DNA of 32,826 nucleotides from a virus. Its lineage: Duplodnaviria; Caudoviricetes. Below are positions 1-7,844 of the stretch, piece by piece (position 1 is the first letter of the stretch; every line of letters begins with the position of its first letter). The notes beneath the pieces are model-generated. The model did no database searches, had not been told where the DNA came from, and saw only the letters and a program-made list of their open reading frames with translations. Made by a program: the position numbers and the translations under genes. The stretch is from the IMG/VR virus record IMGVR_UViG_3300012971_000052, positions 1 to 32,826 of that record; one strand, 5' to 3'.

Positions 1-159
1 CAAACGGTAACGCTCCCGGCTGCCGATTGGCAGATCATCATCGCGGCGCTGTGGGAGCTTCCCGGCAAATATGGCGTGCCGGTGATCAACCGGCTGCAGG
101 CCGAGGTCAACAAACCCACCGACGTCGTTAAACACTTTCCGAAAAAGGCGGCTGAGTAA
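1..159 (+). CDS. 3' end of small phage hypothetical protein (partial)
   Basis: Frame 1 is open from the window edge: QTVTLPAADWQIIIAALWELPGKYGVPVINRLQAEV...KAAE*. Codon usage is GC-rich like the other late genes. Confidence 0.65.
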   Translation, partial: QTVTLPAADWQIIIAALWELPGKYGVPVINRLQAEVNKPTDVVKHFPKKAAE

Positions 160-162
160 ATG

Positions 163-633
163 CTATTCCCACTTCCAGTTTCTTCCAGTCGCAATTTGCG
201 CGACCGTCATTCTTTTGAGGGAAAGCATTTCCGCGAGGGCGTCATACGTGAAGCCATCGTGCTCTCGCAGAATGCGAATTGCTCTGACAATCAATTTATT
301 AGCTTTGGTTTGCCTCGTATTTCGAGCCTGCTCAACACGAGTTGCCCATCGGCAATTGCCAGGTTCGTAGTTGCCATTATTGTTGATGCGATCGAGCGAA
401 TATTCGGGACCAGGATGGTCGCCCATATCCTTAATAAAATCAGTAACCGACAGTCGCCAGCGTTCACAAACCGTAATGCCGCGACCTCCGTAATCTTTCC
501 AGCGTTTATCATTCGGATCATAGCAGCGGCCTTTCATGTCCTGCCAAGTACTATAAATGCGAGGAGGTTTTCCCCCGCCGATAGTAAGACCATGTTTCTC
601 ATAGGGTTTGGATATAGGTTTTCCCTTAGGCAC
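163..633 (-). CDS. HNH homing endonuclease-like protein with C-terminal HTH
   Basis: Motifs YSTWQDMKGRC, YGGRGITVCERW and SLDRINNNGNYEPGNCRWAT-x-EQARN are typical of phage HNH endonucleases. A GTG at 633 follows AAAGGA; the ORF track extends to 687. Confidence 0.85.
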   Translation of the reverse strand: MPKGKPISKPYEKHGLTIGGGKPPRIYSTWQDMKGRCYDPNDKRWKDYGGRGITVCERWRLSVTDFIKDMGDHPGPEYSLDRINNNGNYEPGNCRWATRVEQARNTRQTKANKLIVRAIRILREHDGFTYDALAEMLSLKRMTVAQIATGRNWKWE

Positions 634-674
634 GGGCGCGGTCCTTTTGCGATCGGCATTGTTGGGGGAGTGCC

Positions 675-2153
675 ATGAGTTCACCAATTCCGCTTACACC
701 ACAGGGGTCGGTTCCTGCGATTGGAGTACCAAACTCTCAAGACTATCCCAGACTTGTCGCAAGCTTACCATACTTTGAGCCGGTCGCCATTGCCGAGATC
801 ATCGAGCCGAGCGTGCAGGAAGCCGTCGAGGGCATGCTACCGACGCTGGTGCCGCCCTATGTCGATCAGGCGGCGATCAATGCGGTCAATGCGCATGCGG
901 TGCTGCTGACGGGATCGACCATGTCGGGTCCGTTGATGCTGTCGCCGCAGATCCCGACGGCGCCGAGCATGGCGGCGAGCAAAGCCTATGTCGACACGAT
1001 GATCAGCACGGCCGGCGTTCCCGAGGTGCCGGCGGTTCCTGCAGGGCAGACCTGGGCGCGGCAGACCGGGCAATGGGTCGCGCTGTCGGCTTCGACCGGG
1101 GTTTACCTGCCCCTGCTTGGGGGGACCATGCAGGGCGCCATTTCGATGGCCGGCTACCCCATTAACAACCTCCCCGCAGTGCCGACCCTGCCAAACGGCG
1201 CCGCCCCCGCACAGTGGGTGCTCAATCAGATCGCGTCCGTGTCGCTCTATCAGGGCACATGGAACATGGACACCTACTCGCCGGATCTCACGCAGGCGAG
1301 CACGCACGTTAATGGCTACACCTGGCTGGCGGTAACGACCTCGCCGACCGGCGTGGTAATTGCTCCGGCTATTCCCGGTCTGCAGGGCGTCACGGTTTAT
1401 AACGGCGACAGCGTCACGTACTCGAGTGCACAGGGGCGCTTTGCCGCGATCCATTCGGCCGGGATCAATCAGAGCGAAGGCGACGCGCGGTATTTGATCA
1501 AGAGCGGCGACACGATGGCGGGGCAATTGCTGCTCAACGCCAACGCCACACAGCCCTTGGGCGCGGTCACGCTGCAGCAGCTCAATGCGGCACTGGCTGG
1601 CGCTGGCATCCCCGAAGCACCGACCGACGGGCAGATCTATGGCCGCATCGGTTCCTCCCACGGCTGGGTTTCGGTGATGCCGCTCACCGGTGGGATCTTT
1701 ACCGGGCCGATCACCCTTTCGGCCAACGCCTCAGGCAATCTACAGCCGACGACCCTGCAACAGATGACGGCGGCGATTAACACCGCGGTCGGCGCCTATG
1801 TGCCGATTGCGGGAGGCAGCATGACGGGGCTGCTGACGCTGTCCGGGAACGCCGGCAGCGGGCTCAATCCCGTGCCGCTGCAGCAGCTCAACGCCATGCT
1901 GGCGACATATCTGCCGCTGTCGGGGGGTGCCGTCACCGGTAATCTCACGGTCGCCGGCACGGTAGCGGCGGGCGATAATTCCACGAATGTCGCGACCACG
2001 GCATGGGTGCGCTCGGCAATCCCCGCGGCCATTACGATGGCCGACACCCCGCCCGCAACGCCCGTGGCAGGACAGTTGTGGTTTGATACGGTCGCCTCAA
2101 AACTCTACATCCGGTTCTTGGACGGCACCTCGGCACAGTGGGTTCCGACATGA
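675..2153 (+). CDS. Fibre-like virion structural protein (492 aa)
   Basis: Repeated YLPLxGGxMxG-x-L and VTLQQL fibre-shaft motifs, two foldon-like PEAPxDG motifs, GDNSTNVATTAWV, and a C-terminal GQLWFDT...QWVP module. Confidence 0.75.
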   Translation: MSSPIPLTPQGSVPAIGVPNSQDYPRLVASLPYFEPVAIAEIIEPSVQEAVEGMLPTLVPPYVDQAAINAVNAHAVLLTGSTMSGPLMLSPQIPTAPSMAASKAYVDTMISTAGVPEVPAVPAGQTWARQTGQWVALSASTGVYLPLLGGTMQGAISMAGYPINNLPAVPTLPNGAAPAQWVLNQIASVSLYQGTWNMDTYSPDLTQASTHVNGYTWLAVTTSPTGVVIAPAIPGLQGVTVYNGDSVTYSSAQGRFAAIHSAGINQSEGDARYLIKSGDTMAGQLLLNANATQPLGAVTLQQLNAALAGAGIPEAPTDGQIYGRIGSSHGWVSVMPLTGGIFTGPITLSANASGNLQPTTLQQMTAAINTAVGAYVPIAGGSMTGLLTLSGNAGSGLNPVPLQQLNAMLATYLPLSGGAVTGNLTVAGTVAAGDNSTNVATTAWVRSAIPAAITMADTPPATPVAGQLWFDTVASKLYIRFLDGTSAQWVPT

Positions 2154-3304
2154 TCAATTTTCCTGACAGCCCTACCACCGGGGATCTGTTTACGCCGCCG
2201 CCGCCTGCGACCGGCACCTTCCGCTGGGATGGGACCAAGTGGGTTCAGCTGGTCATCACCGGCGCGCCGAACAAATTGCTGAACCCTTATATGGAGATCG
2301 ATCAGGCCAACGAGGGGGCGGCGGTCACTATTGGCACTGGAGCGTACTCGGTCGACGGCATTCTCTTGACTGTCGGCAACGCTGGCGGCTTGGTCTGGAA
2401 CGCTCAGCGTGTGAGCGACGCACCACCGGGCTATGTCTACGGTGTACGAGCAACAGTTGCGACAGCTGGCACTCTGGCTGCCAACACATCAGCAGGATTT
2501 CAGTGGAGACTAGAGGGCTTCGATATAGAGGACACGCGCTTTGGCACAGCCAACGCCAATAGCCTATCCTTGGCTTTCTGGGTCAAGGCGTCGATTGCCG
2601 GAACCTACAGCGTCTGCTTGCTTGGCGCGGCGTCTAATCGTTCATACTGCTTTCCCCTGGTCATCGCCGCCGCCAATACATGGCAGCTTGTAACCCAGAC
2701 CATTCCTGGTGACACAACGGGGGCATGGCAGCTATTCGGAAACACGACACAGCTCTATTTGAACATATATCTCGCACTGGGCAGCAGTTTCACGGGGGTT
2801 GCCAACACTTGGCAGGCGTCAAACCTGCCTGCCGTGCCCGGTATGCTTACCAACTGGATAACAACAGCAGGTGCTACGTTCACAGTCGGCCCCTGCGGCC
2901 TCTGGGTCGCGCCCGCCCCGCAGCCCTTGCTGCGCACCAGCTTCCAGGCCGAGCTGGCGCGGGCGCAGAGATACTATGAGAAGAGCTACGAGCTGGGAAC
3001 GGCAGTTGGAGCCGCTGTTGGGATGGGATCAAGCTATCTCCGTAGCTATTTCTATCCATCCGGCAACAATGGGTTTGGCACTACGGTCGGCTTTAAAACA
3101 TCCAAAAGAGCCGCGCCAACGATGACGATGTATAACCCGTCAACTGGTGCGGCGGGAACTATTCGCGACCAAGCCAACTCGGCTAATCTTACGCCCAACG
3201 TTAATAATGTTTGCGGCAGTTCCTTTGCTTGGGAGGCTGCGATGACCACGGCTAATTCGGTCATTAATATGGTGGGCCATTGGACAGCGGACGCCCGCCT
3301 ATGA
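2150..3304 (+). CDS. Tail fibre / receptor-binding protein with probable carbohydrate-binding beta-sandwich
   Basis: ATGA overlap with the upstream gene. N-terminus INFPDSPTTGD...FRWDGTKW, NKLLNPYMEIDQ, LAFWVKAS and ELARAQRYYEKSY are motifs common in phage fibre proteins. Confidence 0.7.
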   Translation: MINFPDSPTTGDLFTPPPPATGTFRWDGTKWVQLVITGAPNKLLNPYMEIDQANEGAAVTIGTGAYSVDGILLTVGNAGGLVWNAQRVSDAPPGYVYGVRATVATAGTLAANTSAGFQWRLEGFDIEDTRFGTANANSLSLAFWVKASIAGTYSVCLLGAASNRSYCFPLVIAAANTWQLVTQTIPGDTTGAWQLFGNTTQLYLNIYLALGSSFTGVANTWQASNLPAVPGMLTNWITTAGATFTVGPCGLWVAPAPQPLLRTSFQAELARAQRYYEKSYELGTAVGAAVGMGSSYLRSYFYPSGNNGFGTTVGFKTSKRAAPTMTMYNPSTGAAGTIRDQANSANLTPNVNNVCGSSFAWEAAMTTANSVINMVGHWTADARL

Positions 3305-3495
3305 CTGAATACTATCTCCCGCCCGACCCGCCCGCAGGCATGCCCGCCTTTGACGGCGTGATCCGCGACGATGGGGCATGGATACCCAACGACGACGCCA
3401 ACCGCGACTGGTCCGACTACATCGCCTGGGTCAACGAAGGAAACTCGCCGCTCGAATACCCGGCAAGCGGTGTGCCGATTCCAACAGGAGGCTAA
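3301..3495 (+). CDS. Probable tail fibre assembly/chaperone-like small protein
   Basis: ATGA overlap. The motif WIPNDDANRDWSDYIAWVNEGNSP is typical of small genes that follow fibre genes. Confidence 0.6.
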   Translation: MTEYYLPPDPPAGMPAFDGVIRDDGAWIPNDDANRDWSDYIAWVNEGNSPLEYPASGVPIPTGG

Positions 3496-3497
3496 TC

Positions 3498-3632
3498 ATG
3501 CGCAGCCAGACAGACGAACCAAAGACCGAGACGCCAGCGCCTGCAGCGCCCGAACCAGAGAAAAAGCCGCCAACCCTTGAGGAACGGGTCGAGGCGCTCG
3601 AAAAAAAGATCGCCCCACTGGTCGGTGAATAG
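3498..3632 (+). CDS. Small hypothetical protein (44 aa)
   Basis: AGGAGG RBS before ATG 3498; contains a PTLEERVEALEKK short coiled coil. Confidence 0.6.
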   Translation: MRSQTDEPKTETPAPAAPEPEKKPPTLEERVEALEKKIAPLVGE

Positions 3633-3634
3633 CC

Positions 3635-3847
3635 ATGGGCAAGCGCAACCCCGACGATCGCGACGCGGCCGACGGCGCCGACCGCAAGTTCCGCCGAGCC
3701 ATCAACATGGTGGAGCACCACTACTCCGACCGCTGGCCAGCGCGCGGCGCCGCCAACTACCGTGATGGCGAATACCGGCCGCTCGATGACGTGTCGCGCC
3801 AGGGCAGCCTGACACGCTATCTCAAGCGGCCCAGCGAATCGCGATGA
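3635..3847 (+). CDS. Hypothetical protein (70 aa)
   Basis: Tightly packed in the operon, with GC-rich third codon positions. Confidence 0.55.
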   Translation: MGKRNPDDRDAADGADRKFRRAINMVEHHYSDRWPARGAANYRDGEYRPLDDVSRQGSLTRYLKRPSESR

Positions 3848-3850
3848 TCG

Positions 3851-4315
3851 ATGAGGCTGCTGGCCGCCGCGCTCTGTCTTGGCGTGGTGGCTTGCGGCGA
3901 CCGGGTGAATACGATTTTCGACGATTACGGTAGGTCTGTGTCGGTCATCCACACACAGGAAGGGCTGCAGGGACCGATCCTCGTCGAGGTCGGCCAGTTT
4001 GATGGGGAGGGCAGGTTTCTGCCCATTGCCGTCGGCACCGGCGAAACGCTTCTCCAGTCGGTCATCCGGGGTTCCGCTTCAGCGGCGCTAACCGGCATCG
4101 CGCAGCGTCCCAACACGACCAATATAAATGCATCGGGCGGCAGCGGCGGCGGTGCCGGGTCAGGCTCGACAAGTCCCGGTTCGCCGGGCGGCGTTATCAA
4201 CGTCAACACCACGGCCGGCGCGCAATCAGGCGCCACCAGTACGGGCAGTACGGCTTCAGGCGGGACCGGCGGGCAGGGTGGGCAAGGCGGCAGCGCGACG
4301 GTGAACCGGCAATGA
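3851..4315 (+). CDS. Putative lipoprotein with Gly/Ser/Thr-rich tail
   Basis: Signal peptide MRLLAAALCLGVVA-C with a lipobox-like VVAC; low-complexity G/S/T C-terminus. Confidence 0.65.
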   Translation: MRLLAAALCLGVVACGDRVNTIFDDYGRSVSVIHTQEGLQGPILVEVGQFDGEGRFLPIAVGTGETLLQSVIRGSASAALTGIAQRPNTTNINASGGSGGGAGSGSTSPGSPGGVINVNTTAGAQSGATSTGSTASGGTGGQGGQGGSATVNRQ

Positions 4316-4476
4316 TCTACACACTGACCTTTTACGATGCGGCGGGGCAACCGATCAGCAGCGCCGTCTTCAACGTGCCAAGCCCGGACGACTTTCTCGG
4401 CTGCCTGCTACAGGCGATCAAAAGCGGCTGGGTCGAGGGCACCGCCAGCATCAGCTTTGCCGCGGATCCCGTCTAG
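4312..4476 (+). CDS. Small hypothetical protein (54 aa), last gene before attP
   Basis: ATGA overlap with the lipoprotein stop; MIYTLTFYDAAGQPISS...ADPV*. It is below the ORF-track size cut-off. Confidence 0.5.
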   Translation: MIYTLTFYDAAGQPISSAVFNVPSPDDFLGCLLQAIKSGWVEGTASISFAADPV

Positions 4477-4497
4477 ACAAAATTAGAACACGGGCGT

Positions 4498-4528
4498 GAT
4501 TTGCCACGCATTTGCCACGCAAACTGGC
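4498..4528 (+). repeat. attP arm repeat, copy 1 (two tandem ATTTGCCACGC units)
   Basis: gatttgccacgcatttgccacgcaaactggc is 30/31 identical to 4698-4728. Confidence 0.9.
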
Positions 4529-4615
4529 GCGATGTTCTGCTCACGTTCACGTTTTTCTGCTCGCGACTGCTTTTCGCGGCAAACCGAAAAACGTAATGAT
4601 TTTCAAGGGTTGTAG

Positions 4616-4661
4616 TGGTGCTGCCGGACAGGATTGAACTGTCGACCTCCCCCTTACCAAG
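4616..4661 (-). tRNA. 3' half of tRNA-Thr(GGT) forming the attP core/identity block (not a complete tRNA)
   Basis: The minus strand reads CTTGGTAAGGGGGAGGTCGACAGTTCAATCCTGTCCGGCAGCACCA: anticodon loop with GGT, T-arm GACAG-TTCAATC-CTGTC, 3' acceptor strand and CCA. Confidence 0.9.
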
Positions 4662-4697
4662 ATAGTGCTCCGCCCAGCATTTCTGCGGCTTTCCGGC

Positions 4698-4728
4698 GAT
4701 TTGCCACGCATTTGCCACGCAAATTGGC
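4698..4728 (+). repeat. attP arm repeat, copy 2
   Basis: gatttgccacgcatttgccacgcaaattggc lies exactly 200 bp from copy 1, on the other side of the tRNA core. Confidence 0.9.
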
Positions 4729-4741
4729 CTTACCACGGAAC

Positions 4742-5011
4742 TCACCTCCGGTCGAAAGATCGCACGGTTGCCATCGCCGCTTCGATCTGCGCGCGTTCCA
4801 CGGGATGCAGTTCGGCATACTCAGCCGCCGTCATCGTGCGCAGCTTGAGGTCGGGTCCGAATACCAGCGGCGAAGCGCAGTTGATGCAGACCGACAGATC
4901 ACCCGGATCCGGCGCTTCGTCTGTGTCGATACCACTGGCCGCATCCACAACATGACCGCAAAGCGGGCAGATGTTCCCGGGTTGCCGATGGTCTAGGTCG
5001 CTTATCCGCAT
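4742..5011 (-). CDS. Small Zn-finger protein (89 aa) between int and attP
   Basis: CPLC...CINC pairs; starts 3 nt after the int stop. Confidence 0.65.
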   Translation of the reverse strand: MRISDLDHRQPGNICPLCGHVVDAASGIDTDEAPDPGDLSVCINCASPLVFGPDLKLRTMTAAEYAELHPVERAQIEAAMATVRSFDRR

Positions 5012-5014
5012 CCC

Positions 5015-6031
5015 CTACCCCGCCAGCCGTGGCATCTTGGTGCGCGCCGCGCGGACCGTCTTGATGTCCGAGCCGGTATAGCGCAGCACGCTTTTGACAT
5101 CGCGCCAGTTGCCCATCTCCATGATGGTCTTGGTCGGCAGCCCCGCCGCATTGGCCCAGGTGGCCATCGAGTGGCGCGCCATGTGCGGGGTGAAAACGAT
5201 CCCCAGCCGAGCAGCCAATTTGCGGATCGGCTTATAGACCGACCAGCGGTATTTCCAGCGGTAGAACACCCGGCCGACCTGCTGCTCCGGCGGCACGTTG
5301 CCGAGCGCGACAACAACCGCCGGGTCGAGGTCAACCAGGCGCCACTCGTCGATCTTGGCGATATAGACCCTGAGCGTCGCGGCCGGGAGATCGAGATGCT
5401 CCCACTCGACACTGAGCGCCTCGGAGATCCGGTTGCCCTGGTGGAACAGCCAGATCAGTAGCAGCTTGAGGTCAGGGTCTTCGGCATTGGCGATCAGCGC
5501 ACTGGCCGCGTCGGTCGAGACCGCGCGGGTCTGCGGCCGCGCCTCCTTAAACTGTTTGATGCGCAGCCACGCAAAGGTGCCGTTGCTATTGTCAGCCGCG
5601 TAGTGCAGCACCGTCGCCGCCGGTCGCACCACCTCGCGGTTCTTGGTGGCGGGCTTCGCGTCGGGCATCAGCACATTCGCCGCGGCGTGCAGATCGGCCC
5701 CGCTGATTTCGCCGATCGGCAACGGTCCGAGGCGCAGACAGATCCGCGCCAGGCGCACCGTGTCGATCTTGGGGTTCTGCCGGTAGGCGAGGTAGGCGTC
5801 GGCCGCCTCGCGAAACGTGGTCAGCTCCCCGGCTTTAAGAGGACGACTTTGTTCGGCCTCGAGTTCGGCGACGAGTCGCTTTCCGGCGTCTTGCGCAGCA
5901 CGTCTCGCAGCCGCTTTCGACGTCTCTCCCGTGCGGATCTCAAAGCTTTCTCGACCGACGCGGACGACAGCGAGCCAGAATTTATAGCCCTTGCGCTTGC
6001 CGGGTTCGAAGAGGCTGAAGGTGTAGTGCAT
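5015..6031 (-). CDS. int: Tyrosine recombinase / phage integrase
   Basis: Catalytic set: GNRISEAL (R), AK (K), PHMARH (HxxR), GNW (W), VLRYT (Y). The N-terminal beta arm-binding-like domain is present, and the gene is adjacent to attP. Confidence 0.95.
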   Translation of the reverse strand: MHYTFSLFEPGKRKGYKFWLAVVRVGRESFEIRTGETSKAAARRAAQDAGKRLVAELEAEQSRPLKAGELTTFREAADAYLAYRQNPKIDTVRLARICLRLGPLPIGEISGADLHAAANVLMPDAKPATKNREVVRPAATVLHYAADNSNGTFAWLRIKQFKEARPQTRAVSTDAASALIANAEDPDLKLLLIWLFHQGNRISEALSVEWEHLDLPAATLRVYIAKIDEWRLVDLDPAVVVALGNVPPEQQVGRVFYRWKYRWSVYKPIRKLAARLGIVFTPHMARHSMATWANAAGLPTKTIMEMGNWRDVKSVLRYTGSDIKTVRAARTKMPRLAG

Positions 6032-6195
6032 CGCAGGGCATCCTCCAGGGCGTTAAGTGCGCGGGTATCGAAGACGATCGAGCGTCCGGTTTTGATCGGA
6101 GCAATCTCGGGATGCTCAGCCAATCGGCGACGCACTGTCCACACGCTGGTGCGCAGCCGGTCGGCAACTTCCTCAATCGTCAGATGTCGTTCCAT
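5821..6195 (-). CDS. xis: Excisionase-like HTH protein, C-terminal part overlapping int
   Basis: [25 protein letters not shown]...IKTGRSIVFD is a MerR/Xis-type HTH with wing; it lies directly upstream of int. Confidence 0.8.
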   Translation of the reverse strand: MERHLTIEEVADRLRTSVWTVRRRLAEHPEIAPIKTGRSIVFDTRALNALEDALRCTTPSASSNPASARAINSGSLSSASVEKALRSARERRRKRLRDVLRKTPESDSSPNSRPNKVVLLKPGS

Positions 6196-6535
6196 TGGGC
6201 GGGGGCTCCCTTTGGCGAATCGGGATTGTGTAGCAGCGGGCGTGGTGCTCGGGGCAATAGGGGCTATCGGCCGCGGTGCGTTGCAGGCACCACTGCGGAT
6301 CCCGAGGGTCATGGTTGCCGATCCAATGGCATTGATGCGGGGTTGGCCATACGGGCGGCGGGGTGACGATCGGCTCGGGCTCGGGCGGTCGCTTTGGCGT
6401 CGCCATCCCGTAACGAAACCGGGCGCCGTGAACGGCGTTGCGGGACAGCTGCATGATCTCGGCGATCTGGGCGCTGGTTATCCCGAGGGCGTTGAGTTCC
6501 CGCAGCCGAACAACGGCCTCGCTGGTCCAGATCAT
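6173..6535 (-). CDS. gcrA: GcrA-family cell-cycle regulator homolog
   Basis: N-terminus [39 protein letters not shown] and C-terminus CHWIG..DP...WC......[12 protein letters not shown] match the two conserved GcrA blocks. Confidence 0.85.
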   Translation of the reverse strand: MIWTSEAVVRLRELNALGITSAQIAEIMQLSRNAVHGARFRYGMATPKRPPEPEPIVTPPPVWPTPHQCHWIGNHDPRDPQWCLQRTAADSPYCPEHHARCYTIPIRQREPPPNGTTSDD

Positions 6536-6741
6536 CCGACACGCTCCTGGATGTATTTGGCGAGCGCCTCGAGCTTCCGCGCGATCAGCCGGTCGTTGGG
6601 CTTTGCCTCGTATTCATAGGTGGTAAATCGGTATTGGCAACGCAGGCACCGGCGCCGGCGGCGGATGCCCTTCTCCCAGGCGCGGGTGTCACTCACGCTG
6701 GTGGGCTCGCCGCATTGCGGACAGGTATAAGCGCTGCTCAT
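6532..6741 (-). CDS. NrdR N-terminal-like Zn-ribbon protein (no ATP cone)
   Basis: CPQCG..TSVSDTR...[18 protein letters not shown] matches the NrdR Zn-ribbon signature; the protein is only 69 aa. Confidence 0.8.
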   Translation of the reverse strand: MSSAYTCPQCGEPTSVSDTRAWEKGIRRRRRCLRCQYRFTTYEYEAKPNDRLIARKLEALAKYIQERVG

Positions 6742-7166
6742 GCTGCGAGCGCTTCGCCGCCGGTGTGCGCGAGCAGATCCTCGAGGGGAAGGCCGAGATC
6801 CTCGGCAATCACCCGGAACGCCGCGTCATAAAACGCCTGCGCCTCGTCCTGTGACATGGCATCAAACGCCGTCGACTCCGGCACCAGCACGCGCCGGCCA
6901 TCGATCAGCCGCACGACATCGACATGCCCTGTCGCAACTTTGAGCGCGACATGCAGCTCCTCCGCTGTCCGCCAGCGATCGGTCGCGGCCACGACCTGCT
7001 CTAGCACGCTCCAATACAGACAATTCTGTGCCGCACTGCGCCGGCGGTCGATCCGCACGGCGACGGTGGCGTGCTCGGGGATGCGCTGCAGGGCATCGGC
7101 CGCCCGGGCATTGGCCGGAAAGAGTCCCTTGCCGATACGCTTGCAGAGCACCGTGCCGCTACTCAT
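6738..7166 (-). CDS. DUF1367/NinB-like phage recombination-region protein
   Basis: [19 protein letters not shown] and [19 protein letters not shown] motifs. Confidence 0.7.
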   Translation of the reverse strand: MSSGTVLCKRIGKGLFPANARAADALQRIPEHATVAVRIDRRRSAAQNCLYWSVLEQVVAATDRWRTAEELHVALKVATGHVDVVRLIDGRRVLVPESTAFDAMSQDEAQAFYDAAFRVIAEDLGLPLEDLLAHTGGEALAA

Positions 7167-7259
7167 CAATCATCCTTCACCGGCATTAGCGCCAATGTGG
7201 TGCGCGCAATCGGCCAACCGTGATCATGAATATCGCTGATCAGCATCACCAGATCGAAG

Positions 7260-7838
7260 TTAGCAAGGCGGCGAATCTTTGCCAGCTCGGTTTGGTTCAC
7301 GATCTGATTGTCTGTCGTCCCCTCCAATATTATTGCTTTCACTATCTTGCTCCTCCGCGCCGATCAAGTTGACATCGTCGAGGCTCACTCCCGTCGGCCC
7401 GAGGTGGTTTTCCAGTCGTTGTGCGGAACCGGCGAAGGCGGCCGCTTGATGGCGGCGCGCCACGATCTGATGTTCAGTGATTACGCGGTTCCAGTCGGGG
7501 AAACCCAGTCCGGCTGTTTGATTGCCGTTGCCTTTGTCTAAATGATCAGCGACATCGCGCAACACACGCAGGGGTTCATAGTCCGAATGAGTCAGTTGGC
7601 GAAAATTGTTGCGGCTGAGGCTGAGCAGATCCCGTTTGAAATGATCCTGCATCTCATGTTTCAGTGCATCCCATTGCACAATACCGCGATGTTTACGCTG
7701 GTTGGCGCGGATCACGGCTTCCTCAAAAATGACAAAGCCGTGATTAGTGAGAAGAGGAAGTGCGGCATTCAGCACCTCTTCATTGACCTTGGTGATTAGG
7801 TCGGCATTGAGCACCGTGAGTCTGCGCAACTTGAGCAT
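7260..7838 (-). CDS. Hypothetical protein (192 aa), partner of the ParB-like gene
   Basis: AAGGAG RBS; starts 6 nt after the ParB-like stop; AT-richer than the flanks. No recognisable motif. Confidence 0.7.
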   Translation of the reverse strand: MLKLRRLTVLNADLITKVNEEVLNAALPLLTNHGFVIFEEAVIRANQRKHRGIVQWDALKHEMQDHFKRDLLSLSRNNFRQLTHSDYEPLRVLRDVADHLDKGNGNQTAGLGFPDWNRVITEHQIVARRHQAAAFAGSAQRLENHLGPTGVSLDDVNLIGAEEQDSESNNIGGDDRQSDREPNRAGKDSPPC

Positions 7839-7844
7839 GGCGCA

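Noticed and set aside
160-678. 172-aa plus-strand ORF that fits the late-operon direction
   Set aside because: It is the antisense shadow of the HNH gene, which carries all the conserved motifs.
2990-3304. DGR variable region in the RBP C-terminus
   Set aside because: No reverse transcriptase or template repeat is seen in the window.
4616-4692. Complete functional tRNA-Thr gene
   Set aside because: The D-stem, anticodon stem and first acceptor pairs do not form; only the 3' half is intact.
4498-4728. CRISPR-like repeat pair
   Set aside because: There are only two copies, 200 bp apart, with internal tandem structure and no cas genes. Integrase arm sites explain them.
5603-6619. 338-aa plus-strand ORF and other long antisense ORFs (e.g. 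9154-9969, 18115-19020, 24194-25246, 29757-30875, 30907-31845)
   Set aside because: These are shadow frames of well-supported genes in high-GC DNA and show no motifs.
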